Below, in pieces: positions 29,808 to 39,110 of a DNA stretch of 64,000 nucleotides. The position numbers were made by a program, and so were the translations under genes. The number at the start of each line of letters is the position of its first letter. The first letter of the stretch is position 1. The notes under the pieces were generated by a model. The model did no database searches. It saw nothing but the letters and a program-made list of their open reading frames with translations, and was not told the origin of the DNA. The DNA lies in contig RQOS01000022.1 in the NCBI GenBank assembly GCA_008373205.1, positions 1,995-65,994 of the forward strand, in the 5' to 3' direction. The stretch comes from SAR202 cluster bacterium (lineage in GTDB: Bacteria > Chloroflexota > Dehalococcoidia > Lucifugimonadales > Lucifugimonadaceae).

Positions 29808-30866
29808 TTATATTATTATTTTTTGTCCTGTACTAAAAGAATCGTATATAGCATCCGTGAATTTCATATACTTAACTCCATCAGTAAATGAAGTATGAGT
29901 AATTAATTCTTCACGTCTAATTGCGTTAATAAATTCTTCTTCTACTCTCCATCCACCTACTTCATTATCAGGTATTTTTATTTGTTCTAATTCTTTTTGC
30001 CCTTTTTCTGCACCTAGAAGTACTAAGTTTGGAGCTCCTGCATCAGCTGTTGTTTCTGTCTTAACAACTAATGTTCCTTTTGTACCATGTATCCACATCT
30101 CAGATTCAGGAGCCATACCTGATACCATAGTGAACTGAAGATTAGCTGTACCTCCAGCTATCATTTCACAAAGAACATCAAGATGATCTGGAATATCTGT
30201 GAAAACATAATTTCCTGATTCATCAACTCTAGGATTATTAATTGTTTGAGCATTCGCAGTTACAGATTTTGCTGGTCCTACCCACCTCATAATAGCCTCG
30301 TACCATATTCCCATTTGCATAATATTATTACCAGATAAATCTCTATTATTTCTCCAATGAAATTCCTCATTTTCTTTAGGGAAATCATTTCCTGCAGTTA
30401 CCATTCCTCTTAGGTTTATTAAGTCACCTATATAACCTGATGAAATTAATCTTTTTATTGTTTTATCTATTGGTAAAGTATGTGGCGCAGGAACAATTTG
30501 AGAAATCAAATTAGGATACATTTGAGAAACTTCCAGCATCTCTTGAGCTTCATCAGCGTTCATACACATTCTGGCTTCACATAGTACATGCTTTCCTGCC
30601 TCTAGAGCCTCAATAGTCAATCTTTTATGAAGGTATGGCCATGTTCCTATAACTATGGCATCTAATGAATTATCATCAACTACGCTTAGCCAATTATCAT
30701 AATAATTTTTTATTTCAAATTGTGATGCTACTTCACTTGAGGACTTAATAGATCTATTTGCAACCGAAACTATTTCAACTCCATCTATTTTTTGTAAAAG
30801 CGGTATATGTTTTAATGTTGTATTCCCACCAGCACCTATTATTCCAACTCTAATATTTTCGCTCAT
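29808..30866 (-). CDS. Gfo/Idh/MocA-family oxidoreductase
   Basis: N-terminal Rossmann segment RVGIIGAGGNTTLKHIP, conserved CEARM segment after beta-5, C-terminal alpha/beta domain. 3-nt gap to pxpA. Confidence 0.8.
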   Translation of the reverse strand: MSENIRVGIIGAGGNTTLKHIPLLQKIDGVEIVSVANRSIKSSSEVASQFEIKNYYDNWLSVVDDNSLDAIVIGTWPYLHKRLTIEALEAGKHVLCEARMCMNADEAQEMLEVSQMYPNLISQIVPAPHTLPIDKTIKRLISSGYIGDLINLRGMVTAGNDFPKENEEFHWRNNRDLSGNNIMQMGIWYEAIMRWVGPAKSVTANAQTINNPRVDESGNYVFTDIPDHLDVLCEMIAGGTANLQFTMVSGMAPESEMWIHGTKGTLVVKTETTADAGAPNLVLLGAEKGQKELEQIKIPDNEVGGWRVEEEFINAIRREELITHTSFTDGVKYMKFTDAIYDSFSTGQKIII

Positions 30867-30981
30867 TTTATATCCTCATTATTTTGTTTATTTTTTTTTA
30901 GTAAGATTTTTTTAGTTCATTAATATAAAATTCATATAAAATCCATATAGTGAATTAGATATTATTAGGAATATATTATTT

Positions 30982-31323
30982 ATGGAACCAAAAAGTGTAA
31001 ATAGATTAAGTGATGGGTTAGAAATAATTTGGGGAAATGATGTTTCATGTATATACCCATATAAATATCTTAGACTTCAATGTGCATGTGCAAATTGCGT
31101 AGAAGAATTAACTGGTAAAAAATTATTAAAAGTTTCTGAAATCCAAGAAGATATAATTGTTGTAGAATATCTTATTGTGGGGAAATATGCATTGCAATTT
31201 CTATGGTCTGATGCCCATGAAACAGGAATATATCCATATAACAGCTTACTTGGTTATGCTCTAAACGATGAAGCTGTTGTTTGTAGTGATAGAGATAAGC
31301 TTTTGGCAGACTTAAATATCTAG
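30982..31323 (+). CDS. DUF971 (gamma-butyrobetaine-hydroxylase-N-terminal-like) protein
   Basis: YLRLQCACANCVEELTGKK and WSDAHETGIYPY are typical of DUF971. Confidence 0.7.
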   Translation: MEPKSVNRLSDGLEIIWGNDVSCIYPYKYLRLQCACANCVEELTGKKLLKVSEIQEDIIVVEYLIVGKYALQFLWSDAHETGIYPYNSLLGYALNDEAVVCSDRDKLLADLNI

Positions 31324-32370
31324 AATATTTTTTACAGTCTGAACTACATCATCACTATCTGGCATAAACTCATCCTCTAATCCTTTGCTATAGGGAACAG
31401 GTGTATGAGGTGCTGTAACTCTCTTAACTGGAGCATCTAAATAGTCAAATGCCTTGTCAGATACAATTGCTGCAATTTCGCTAGCCATACTTGCTCTAGG
31501 GTTATCTTCATCAACGATAACTATTCTGTTTGTCTTAGACACCGATTCAATTATTATTTGTTCGTCTAATGGTGATAAGGACATTAAGTCTATAACCTCA
31601 GCATCAATATCTAACTTTTCAAGTTTTTCAGCTGCTTCTTTACAAACTACAGATGTATAGCTCATTCCTACAAGAGTTACATCATTACCCTTTCTAAGAT
31701 ATCTACCTTTACCTAACTCTATTCGATAATCTTCATCTGGAACAAATCCTGTCATATTTATCAATTTTTTATCATTAACAACAAACACAGGATCATCATC
31801 TCTAATAGCAGCTGATAACAAGCCTTTCACTGAATAGGGATCTGAGGGAGTTACGACCTTTAATCCAGGTATATGAGCTAATATTGAATAAAAGGCACTT
31901 GAATGCTGCGCAGCGTGACCAGTTCCACTTCCAGATCTTGCAAAAAGAGTAAGAGGGACTTTAGTTTGACCACCAAACATATATCTACTTTTTGCAGCAT
32001 TAGAAAGCAGCTGATCAAAGGCTACAGTTGTGAAATCAAAATACATTAAATCTACAACAGGTCTAAGTCCCGTTAAGGCAGCTCCTATAGCGGCACCAAC
32101 AAATCCTGCTTCAGAAATTGGCGCATCCATGATCCTTTCTACACCAAAATCTTGAACTAAACCTTTTGTTGCTGCAAAAGGTCCACCCCAAGCATCTAAA
32201 GGCTCTTTAGTTTTTTTATCAAAACCTCCTGAAATGTCCTCTCCAATAATGAGTACATTTTTATCATATTCTAACTCACTTCTAAGAGTGTTATTAAAAG
32301 CATCTCTATATCTCATTTCCTGTCCATTGACTTCTAAACCTGGACCAATATTACTATTATTAACTTCCAT
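31312..32370 (-). CDS. 2-oxoacid (pyruvate/acetoin-type) dehydrogenase E1 beta subunit
   Basis: Transketolase-like Pyr and C-terminal domains (IGEDISGG...PISEAGFVGAAIGAA...HAAQHSSAFYS). Immediately downstream of E1 alpha. Confidence 0.85.
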   Translation of the reverse strand: MEVNNSNIGPGLEVNGQEMRYRDAFNNTLRSELEYDKNVLIIGEDISGGFDKKTKEPLDAWGGPFAATKGLVQDFGVERIMDAPISEAGFVGAAIGAALTGLRPVVDLMYFDFTTVAFDQLLSNAAKSRYMFGGQTKVPLTLFARSGSGTGHAAQHSSAFYSILAHIPGLKVVTPSDPYSVKGLLSAAIRDDDPVFVVNDKKLINMTGFVPDEDYRIELGKGRYLRKGNDVTLVGMSYTSVVCKEAAEKLEKLDIDAEVIDLMSLSPLDEQIIIESVSKTNRIVIVDEDNPRASMASEIAAIVSDKAFDYLDAPVKRVTAPHTPVPYSKGLEDEFMPDSDDVVQTVKNILDI

Positions 32371-32385
32371 AATATAACTCCTCGA

Positions 32386-33381
32386 CTATCTTAAACCTTT
32401 AAGGTCATTTGAATAATTTACATAAACATCTTCGTACAATACTTCAGAAGGAGGCAATGGACTTGAAAGTCCAAATTCAACCGCCTCTTCAATTTCTTTT
32501 TGTATTTCACTTTTTAATTTGTTCAATTTACTCTTTGTAAATATTTTTTGCTGAACTACTTTTTCCTCAAAATTTTTAATACAATCTTTCTTGTGCCATT
32601 CTTCTTCTTCTTCTGTAGTTCTATATTTTTCAGTTTGATCTGCATGAAAATGGCCATGATATCTGTAAGTTTTTAGTTCTAGTAATGTTGGGCCCTTACC
32701 TTCTCTAGCTCGCTTGACCGCTTCTTCTGCGGCCTCATAAACTTGAAAAACATCCATTCCATCAACTATCACACCTGGAATATTATATGAAGCAGCTCTG
32801 TCAGCTATGTCTTCAACTGAAACTGCATACCATGAAGGAGTTGCTTCAGCATATTGATTATTTTCACAAGCAAAGATCACAGGAAGTTTCCAAATAGATG
32901 CTAAATTCATTGACTCGTGTAATACACCCTGGGAAGAAGCTCCATCTCCAAAAAAAGCAACTCCTATCGAATCTTTTTCCTTACCCTGATACTTGGCAGT
33001 AAGCGCTGCCCCTACAGCTAAAGGAATAGATGCACCAACTATTGCATTTGCACCCAGCATACCTTTTGAAAAGTCTGCTATGTGCATAGATCCACCTTTA
33101 CCTTTACAGTTTCCCGTATATTTCCCCATTATTTCAGCCATCATTTTGTCAGTTTCTAACCCTTTTGCAATACAATGTCCATGGCCTCTGTGAGTAGAGC
33201 CTATCCAATCATTATCAGACAAATGAGCACATATACCTGTAGGAACGGCTTCTTGTCCATCTGAAGGATGAGTAACTCCCATAGAATTGCCTTTATAAGT
33301 TTGTTCGAGCATTGCTTCTTCAAAAAATCTTATCCTACACATTGTTTGGTACATCCAAATTAATTTATCTTCTTTTATCAA
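32386..33381 (-). CDS. 2-oxoacid dehydrogenase E1 alpha subunit (TPP-dependent)
   Basis: TPP-binding motif FFGDGASSQGVLHESMN...FACENNQYA. HRGHGHC segment. Confidence 0.85.
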   Translation of the reverse strand: MIKEDKLIWMYQTMCRIRFFEEAMLEQTYKGNSMGVTHPSDGQEAVPTGICAHLSDNDWIGSTHRGHGHCIAKGLETDKMMAEIMGKYTGNCKGKGGSMHIADFSKGMLGANAIVGASIPLAVGAALTAKYQGKEKDSIGVAFFGDGASSQGVLHESMNLASIWKLPVIFACENNQYAEATPSWYAVSVEDIADRAASYNIPGVIVDGMDVFQVYEAAEEAVKRAREGKGPTLLELKTYRYHGHFHADQTEKYRTTEEEEEWHKKDCIKNFEEKVVQQKIFTKSKLNKLKSEIQKEIEEAVEFGLSSPLPPSEVLYEDVYVNYSNDLKGLR

Positions 33382-33552
33382 AATCTACTCCAGCTGTTTT
33401 TATTTCTTAAATTTTGTATTTTTTATAGTTTATTTAAATTAATGATTTTTTTTGCAAAAAAGAATACATCTTTTGAAGAAAAAAAATGTACAATGTTCTA
33501 AGATTATATGTACATAATTAAATTTTCTTAAAAAATCAGGAGGAATGTTTAG

Positions 33553-33846
33553 ATGGATCCGTATGCACCAACTGCTGCTGAATGGGATATGATTGGTAAT
33601 AATATTACTTTCTTAACTCTAGCTCTTTTGTCTGCCTTGATAACAGGACCTAGCTTCTTGATTGCTCATGCAATTATTCCATCTGCAGTCGCTACTAGAT
33701 CCATACCAGAAAAATTTAATAAACTAAGACCAATTTTTTACATAGTTGGATTCTTAGGGCTTGCTTCTATAATTACTTTTTTTTGTTTAGCTTATTTTAA
33801 TGTTTACGAAGTATTACAAAGGATATATCCTAGCTTTTGGCAATAA
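33553..33846 (+). CDS. small two-TM membrane protein upstream of the ACIII genes
   Basis: 97 aa. AGGAGGAAT SD 6 nt before the ATG. Two long hydrophobic helices. No recognisable motif. Confidence 0.5.
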   Translation: MDPYAPTAAEWDMIGNNITFLTLALLSALITGPSFLIAHAIIPSAVATRSIPEKFNKLRPIFYIVGFLGLASIITFFCLAYFNVYEVLQRIYPSFWQ

Positions 33847-33896
33847 TTTTTATTTGAAATCAGGAGAAAAAGATCTTAAAGAAATTAATAGCATAT

Positions 33897-34607
33897 TTGA
33901 AGGAGCTTGATCGTTCCACTCCAATTTGGGTTAAGGTTCTAGTTCCTCTTGTGGGGCTTGGAGGCCTTACAACATTGGCAATAATATCTATATTATTAGC
34001 AGGGCTATTTAATGCTTGGCTCGGACAACCTTTACCTGTTTTAGGATTTGAACAAACATTTGATCAACCAATCAATTTTCCACACACTAAACACGCTGCA
34101 CCTGTTTCAGAAGGCGGGCTAGGAATGGATTGTACTTATTGCCATAGAACAGTTGCTAAGGCATCATCAGCTCATGTTCCAGCAGTAGAACTTTGTGCAA
34201 GCTGTCATAGAGCAGTTGGAAGCCCTGAAAGTGAAGACCTGAAAAAATTAAGAATGTCCTCAGGTATATATGAAGATGAAAATACAAGTCAGGTAGTTGT
34301 GGATCCAGAAATGGCTTCTCCTATTAACTGGAGAAGAGTACACAGAATGCCAGATCATGTTAGATTTGTGCATTCAGCACATATTAATTACTTAACCAAT
34401 AACCCATCTGCTATTGGTAATGTCCCAGAATATTTAGATTTATCAGGAGAAGAAAAAGTCCCTGCTTCACAAGTTTGTTCTACTTGTCATGGAGATGTAG
34501 CAAACATGGAGAAAGTTTATCAGGTCGAACCCCTAAAAATGGGGCAGTGTGTTAACTGTCATAGAAAAAACGGTGGTCCAACAGATTGTGCCGCATGTCA
34601 TCACTAA
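33897..34607 (+). CDS. actA: ACIII pentahaem cytochrome c subunit ActA
   Basis: Five CxxCH motifs (CTYCH, CASCH, CSTCH, CVNCH, CAACH) after an N-terminal membrane anchor. Track start is TTG 33897; in-frame ATC 33873 has the better SD. Confidence 0.85.
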   Translation: MKELDRSTPIWVKVLVPLVGLGGLTTLAIISILLAGLFNAWLGQPLPVLGFEQTFDQPINFPHTKHAAPVSEGGLGMDCTYCHRTVAKASSAHVPAVELCASCHRAVGSPESEDLKKLRMSSGIYEDENTSQVVVDPEMASPINWRRVHRMPDHVRFVHSAHINYLTNNPSAIGNVPEYLDLSGEEKVPASQVCSTCHGDVANMEKVYQVEPLKMGQCVNCHRKNGGPTDCAACHH

Positions 34608-34621
34608 GTAAGAGGTAATTT

Positions 34622-36949
34622 ATGAAATTAAATAGAAGAGAATTTCTATCATTGAGTGGTAAATCAGCAGCAGGTGCTGTTATTTTTGCTGCCTGTTCAA
34701 TACCTGAACAAGAATTAATCGTACAAAGTCCAGTTGACATGCCAGAAGACTTAGTTAGAGGAATAGATACATGGTATGCAACTTCTTGGAATGATGGAGC
34801 TTCAGGTGACGGAATTTTAGTAAGAGTACTTGAAGGAAGAATCAAAAAAATTAAAGGTAATCCAGATCACCCTGTAAATAGAGGTGGGGCTAGATCAAAC
34901 CTTGATTCTGCCATTCAGCTTCATTACAACCCTGATAGGCTTCATGAGCATAAAGTCAGAAGGTCTAAACAAGGTATATTATCAAGCGTAACAAAAGATC
35001 AAGCAGATAAACTTATTCAGGAAGCAACATCTAAGGATAAAAAGATAGTTATTGTTACAAACCCTACAAGAAGTTCAGATGGATGGATATCTCAAAAATT
35101 TGCTGAATCAAGAGGAGGAAGATATTTAACTTTTGAGCCTCTAGAAGAATCTAATTTTCATAATGTAATTTCTGATTTATTTGAAACCGAAGAAATCCCT
35201 CATTTTGACATTGCTAATGCTGACAATGTACTTTCTTTTGGTGCAGACTGGATTGAAAATTGGATTTCCCCCGCAGGTTACGGCAAAGCATTTGGAGATC
35301 TAAGATCTGGCAAAAGAGGTTTTATAGCTCATGTAGAACCAAGGTTTTCATTAACTTCAGCTAATTCTGATTTATGGGTCTCTCCTAAACCAGGCACAGA
35401 ATCTGAAATAGCATTATCAATAGCGAATGTAATAATTAAAGAAAAACTCGTTCCTGAATCACAAATCAGCGATTTTCTTAATAAATTTCCTGAAGGAAAA
35501 ATTGAATTTGGTTATTCGCCAACAGATGTTCAAAGCAGAACTGGAGTTTCTGAGAAAAAAATCTCAGAAATAGCACACAGAATTTCTGAAGGTAAATCTA
35601 TCGTATTAGCAGGTGGTTCAACTTCAGCTTATACAAATGGAAAATTTAATACATACGTTGCCTTATCATTAAATATTTTACTAGGATCTATTGGTAAAGA
35701 GGGTGGTGTAATGCTGAATCCAGAAGTAAAGTCAGATTATATTGGAGGAAGTTCTAAACCTAATACAATAGAAAATTGGGAAGAAGAATTGGCACAGTGG
35801 CGTGCAGGATATGTTGATACTGTAATTATTAGAGGTGTTGATTTAGCCTACCTTATGCCCAATTCTTTAGATGTCAAAGGTGCACTTTCTAATGTTGAAA
35901 ACGTAATTTCATTCGGAAATATTATGAATGAAACTTTGGATTTATCTGATATTGTAATACCTGAAACTACATTCTTTGAAGAATGGGGTTCAGAGATACC
36001 AAATCCTATGCCAGGATATAAAGCAATTTCATTACAACAACCTGTGGTTGTCAAAGAAGGCCCAGGAGCAAGCGGAGCTGTAAGTTTTGTTGATAAGTTA
36101 ATAGAACTTGAGCCATCAATTGGTAGTAGCAACAAATCTATAGTAAAAAAAGTATTTGATAATGAATACGACCTATCAAATGGAGCAGGATCAGTTAAGG
36201 CAGAAAATAAATCTTCTTTTATGAATGGTATACAACAAAGAGGTGGTTTCTGGAATACGAATGAAACTGGTACTGATAAAAAAATAAGATTACAAAACCC
36301 ATTTGACTTGAAAAATAATAATTCATTTTCAGAAATAGACTCTTCTTATGGAGAAGAATTTCATTTGATCCCTTTCACAAATATATTGATGGATGGGAAA
36401 TTATCTAATTCTCCTTGGGCCCAACAATCTGCAGATGGAATTACCTCTGCAGCGTGGCAGACTTGGGTTGAAATAAACTCTAAGCAAGCCAAGGACCTTG
36501 GAATTAAAGAAGGAGATATAATTTATTTGAAATCAGATTCTGGAGAAATTAAATGTCTAGCATATCCTCATCCTGCAGTTCAGCCTGGAACATTATGTGT
36601 TCCAACAGGTCAAGGGACTCTTAAGGGAGGAAGATATGCTTCTGATAGAGGTTCTAATGTACTTAAGATTCTTTCTGGATTGAAAGATGAAGAATCTGGT
36701 GCCTTTGCTTGGGCTTCTACAAAAGTTTCTCTAAAAAGAGCTGGTGGAAATGAAAAACTACCAAAATTTGAAGGAACTGTTGAGGCATTCCCTGCTGAGC
36801 CAGGTGTTCCTGTATTAGTTGTAGCGCCAGGTCAAACAGCGCATGAAGCAGAAGAAGAAAATCATCATAAGTATCAAGAAATGCTAAATTTCAGAGAGCA
36901 CCATGATGATAGTCACGGAGATGAAAAACATGATGATGAAAGTCATTAA
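34622..36949 (+). CDS. actB: ACIII molybdopterin-fold subunit (ActB1 part), Tat-exported, cofactor ligands lost
   Basis: Tat motif MKLNRREFLSL, possible lipobox FAAC, MopB fold (IKGNPDHPVNRGG). The FS0 cysteines and the Mo-ligand position are replaced (TSWNDGASGDG, GGARSN). His/Asp-rich C-terminal tail. Confidence 0.82.
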   Translation: MKLNRREFLSLSGKSAAGAVIFAACSIPEQELIVQSPVDMPEDLVRGIDTWYATSWNDGASGDGILVRVLEGRIKKIKGNPDHPVNRGGARSNLDSAIQLHYNPDRLHEHKVRRSKQGILSSVTKDQADKLIQEATSKDKKIVIVTNPTRSSDGWISQKFAESRGGRYLTFEPLEESNFHNVISDLFETEEIPHFDIANADNVLSFGADWIENWISPAGYGKAFGDLRSGKRGFIAHVEPRFSLTSANSDLWVSPKPGTESEIALSIANVIIKEKLVPESQISDFLNKFPEGKIEFGYSPTDVQSRTGVSEKKISEIAHRISEGKSIVLAGGSTSAYTNGKFNTYVALSLNILLGSIGKEGGVMLNPEVKSDYIGGSSKPNTIENWEEELAQWRAGYVDTVIIRGVDLAYLMPNSLDVKGALSNVENVISFGNIMNETLDLSDIVIPETTFFEEWGSEIPNPMPGYKAISLQQPVVVKEGPGASGAVSFVDKLIELEPSIGSSNKSIVKKVFDNEYDLSNGAGSVKAENKSSFMNGIQQRGGFWNTNETGTDKKIRLQNPFDLKNNNSFSEIDSSYGEEFHLIPFTNILMDGKLSNSPWAQQSADGITSAAWQTWVEINSKQAKDLGIKEGDIIYLKSDSGEIKCLAYPHPAVQPGTLCVPTGQGTLKGGRYASDRGSNVLKILSGLKDEESGAFAWASTKVSLKRAGGNEKLPKFEGTVEAFPAEPGVPVLVVAPGQTAHEAEEENHHKYQEMLNFREHHDDSHGDEKHDDESH

Positions 36950-36967
36950 TAAAATAAGGAAGAAATA

Positions 36968-37720
36968 ATGGTAACTGAAGAAAAACGAAGCTGGGGAATG
37001 GTTATAGACACTGACAAATGTAATGGTTGCAGTGGATGTGTGACAGCTTGTCAGGTAGAAAATAATATTCCTTTAAATGATCAAAATAAATTTGAGCGGG
37101 CAAGAGTTATGTCTTGGATCAGAATTGAAAGATATTGGGAAGGCGAATTCCCTGATGTTAAAGCTAGATTTATACCTGTTCTTTGTCAACATTGTGCAAA
37201 CGCACCTTGTGAACCTGTATGCCCTGTTTATGCTACCTATCATAATAATGAGGGTATGAATATCCAAGTTTATAACAGATGTGTTGGTACAAGATACTGT
37301 GCGAATGGTTGTCCTTATACAGTTAGGTTTTTCAACTATTGGGAGCCTGCTTGGCCAGAAGACTTAAGAAATCACTTAAATCCTGATGTAACGATTAGAA
37401 GCAGAGGAATCATGGAAAAATGTAGTTTCTGTGTTCAAAGAATTAGAAGAGGTACCCGTAAGGCTAAAGAAGAAAATAGAGAATTGCAAGATGGTGAGAT
37501 TCAAACAGCATGTCAAGAAGCCTGTTCAACAAATGCTATAACTTTTGGAGATCTTAATGATCCAAATAGTGAGGTATCAAAGTTATCAAAAAGTGAGAGC
37601 GATAGAAAATACACATTAATGCCTCAATTAAACACAGATCCAAATATAGTATATTTAGCTACAGTAGACCCTCTAAAATATAAAGATTTAGGAGAAAAGA
37701 CAAATAAAGATGAGCACTAA
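36968..37720 (+). CDS. actB: ACIII 4Fe-4S ferredoxin subunit (ActB2 part, NrfC/PsrB-like)
   Basis: Cys clusters CNGCSGCVTAC, CQHCANAPCEPVCP, CVGTRYCANGCP and CSFC...CQEAC. Confidence 0.85.
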   Translation: MVTEEKRSWGMVIDTDKCNGCSGCVTACQVENNIPLNDQNKFERARVMSWIRIERYWEGEFPDVKARFIPVLCQHCANAPCEPVCPVYATYHNNEGMNIQVYNRCVGTRYCANGCPYTVRFFNYWEPAWPEDLRNHLNPDVTIRSRGIMEKCSFCVQRIRRGTRKAKEENRELQDGEIQTACQEACSTNAITFGDLNDPNSEVSKLSKSESDRKYTLMPQLNTDPNIVYLATVDPLKYKDLGEKTNKDEH

Positions 37721-39098
37721 CGAACATCATATGGATTGGCCTCCTAGTGACCCTAAGGTTGTTAAAGAAGAGCTAATCCAAACTACTAAAAGAGGAACTT
37801 CCATTCTTAAGAAGGTATCTTGGGTGATGGCAATTCTTGGAATATTAGGAGTAGTTGGTCTTATAGGAAAATTCTTTATTGATGGAGATGATCAAACACA
37901 ATGGGGGTATGTAGCCGCTAGTTTGGCCTTCATATTCAGTGTAACTGGAGGAGCACCAATGGTAGCAATTGCTCCATTTATTGCAAAGGCTAATTGGGCC
38001 AGGCCAGTTTCACGAATTGCTCATATTATTGGTGCATCAGGGGTTCTAATTAATATAATAATTATGATTCCTCTATTGTGGATGTTACCTCCTTTAGTTG
38101 TTGAAGGTGCTAGAAGGAGATCAATATGGTTTGAAGCTCCTGTGTATAGTCCTCATTTCTGGGATTTTCTAAGTCTTATTATGCTAGCAATAGCTGGTAT
38201 AGGATTACTTTATGTATCTGCTCTTCCTGACTTTGCTTTAATGAGAGATAATGCATCTGGTTTTAGAAAAAAAATCGGAAATTTTCTAGCAGGTGGATTT
38301 GTTGGGACAACAGTTCAATGGAGCACATTAAGAATGAGAGTAGGTATTATGAGTACCCTTTACTTCTTCATATATATTTTTGTTCACGTGGTAATATCTA
38401 TTGATTTCAGTCTTAGCATGGTTCCAGGGTGGAGGGATGCAATTTATCCTATGGCTCATGCAATGGGTGGTATTCAAGGTGGAGTTGCATTAGTGATTAT
38501 TTTAGCTTGGATAGTGAGAAAATATGGTAATTATGAAAATTACCTTAATATAAATGTCTTTTGGGCTCTTGGAAGATTAATGTTTGCAACAAGCTTAATG
38601 TGGATTTACTTTTTCTACTCTGCATTTATTGTCTTTTGGTATGGAAAATCTATGACTGACGTAGCTTGGCTGGACCTTTTAATTAGAGGGCCAATGATGT
38701 ATGTATTTATCCTAGGAATGCTATTTAGCTTTATTCTTCCTTGGTGGTGGCTAATTTGGAATAAAGTAAGAAACTCGATTAATGGCCCTTTCATTGGTGC
38801 TTGTATTGCTTTGCTAGGAGTATTCTTTGAAAGAATAAGATTATATGTTCCTGCATGGTCAGTTGATCCAAAATTGATACATGATAAGTGGCTTTCAGTA
38901 ATACCTGAAACACTTTACCCTGATATTTGGGACATATTAACCATAGTAGGCTCAGCTGGTGCAGTAGTGCTAGTGCTTATAACGATCACAAGATTAATAC
39001 CTATTATTGGAGTTTGGGAAGTTCAACAATTTAATTTGTTAGCTACACCTATGAAATATATTAAAGCTCATGGAATTAGAGTAGCTAAACCTGATTAA
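37710..39098 (+). CDS. actC: ACIII NrfD-like polytopic quinol-interacting subunit (ActC-like)
   Basis: 462 aa, about 10 TM, NrfD/PsrC-type topology. Follows the Fe-S subunit with an 11-nt overlap. Confidence 0.78.
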   Translation: MSTNEHHMDWPPSDPKVVKEELIQTTKRGTSILKKVSWVMAILGILGVVGLIGKFFIDGDDQTQWGYVAASLAFIFSVTGGAPMVAIAPFIAKANWARPVSRIAHIIGASGVLINIIIMIPLLWMLPPLVVEGARRRSIWFEAPVYSPHFWDFLSLIMLAIAGIGLLYVSALPDFALMRDNASGFRKKIGNFLAGGFVGTTVQWSTLRMRVGIMSTLYFFIYIFVHVVISIDFSLSMVPGWRDAIYPMAHAMGGIQGGVALVIILAWIVRKYGNYENYLNINVFWALGRLMFATSLMWIYFFYSAFIVFWYGKSMTDVAWLDLLIRGPMMYVFILGMLFSFILPWWWLIWNKVRNSINGPFIGACIALLGVFFERIRLYVPAWSVDPKLIHDKWLSVIPETLYPDIWDILTIVGSAGAVVLVLITITRLIPIIGVWEVQQFNLLATPMKYIKAHGIRVAKPD

Positions 39099-39110
39099 TT
39101 AGAGGAAAAA

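Noticed and set aside
34622-36949. Reading the large Tat-signal MopB-fold protein as a functional molybdoenzyme (for example a polysulfide, thiosulfate or tetrathionate reductase catalytic subunit).
   Set aside because: The N-terminal CxxCxxxC Fe-S motif and the Cys/Sec/Ser Mo-ligand position are replaced by non-ligand residues. The surrounding genes (pentahaem ActA, two NrfD-like subunits, DUF3341, monohaem lipoprotein) are the ACIII signature.
36850-36949. The His/Asp-rich tail of ActB1 as read-through caused by a missed stop or frameshift.
   Set aside because: The frame is continuous with the conserved C-terminal beta-barrel region. It ends 18 nt before a well-placed SD (AAGGAAGAAATA) and the ATG of the next gene. 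The codon usage looks like the rest of the gene.
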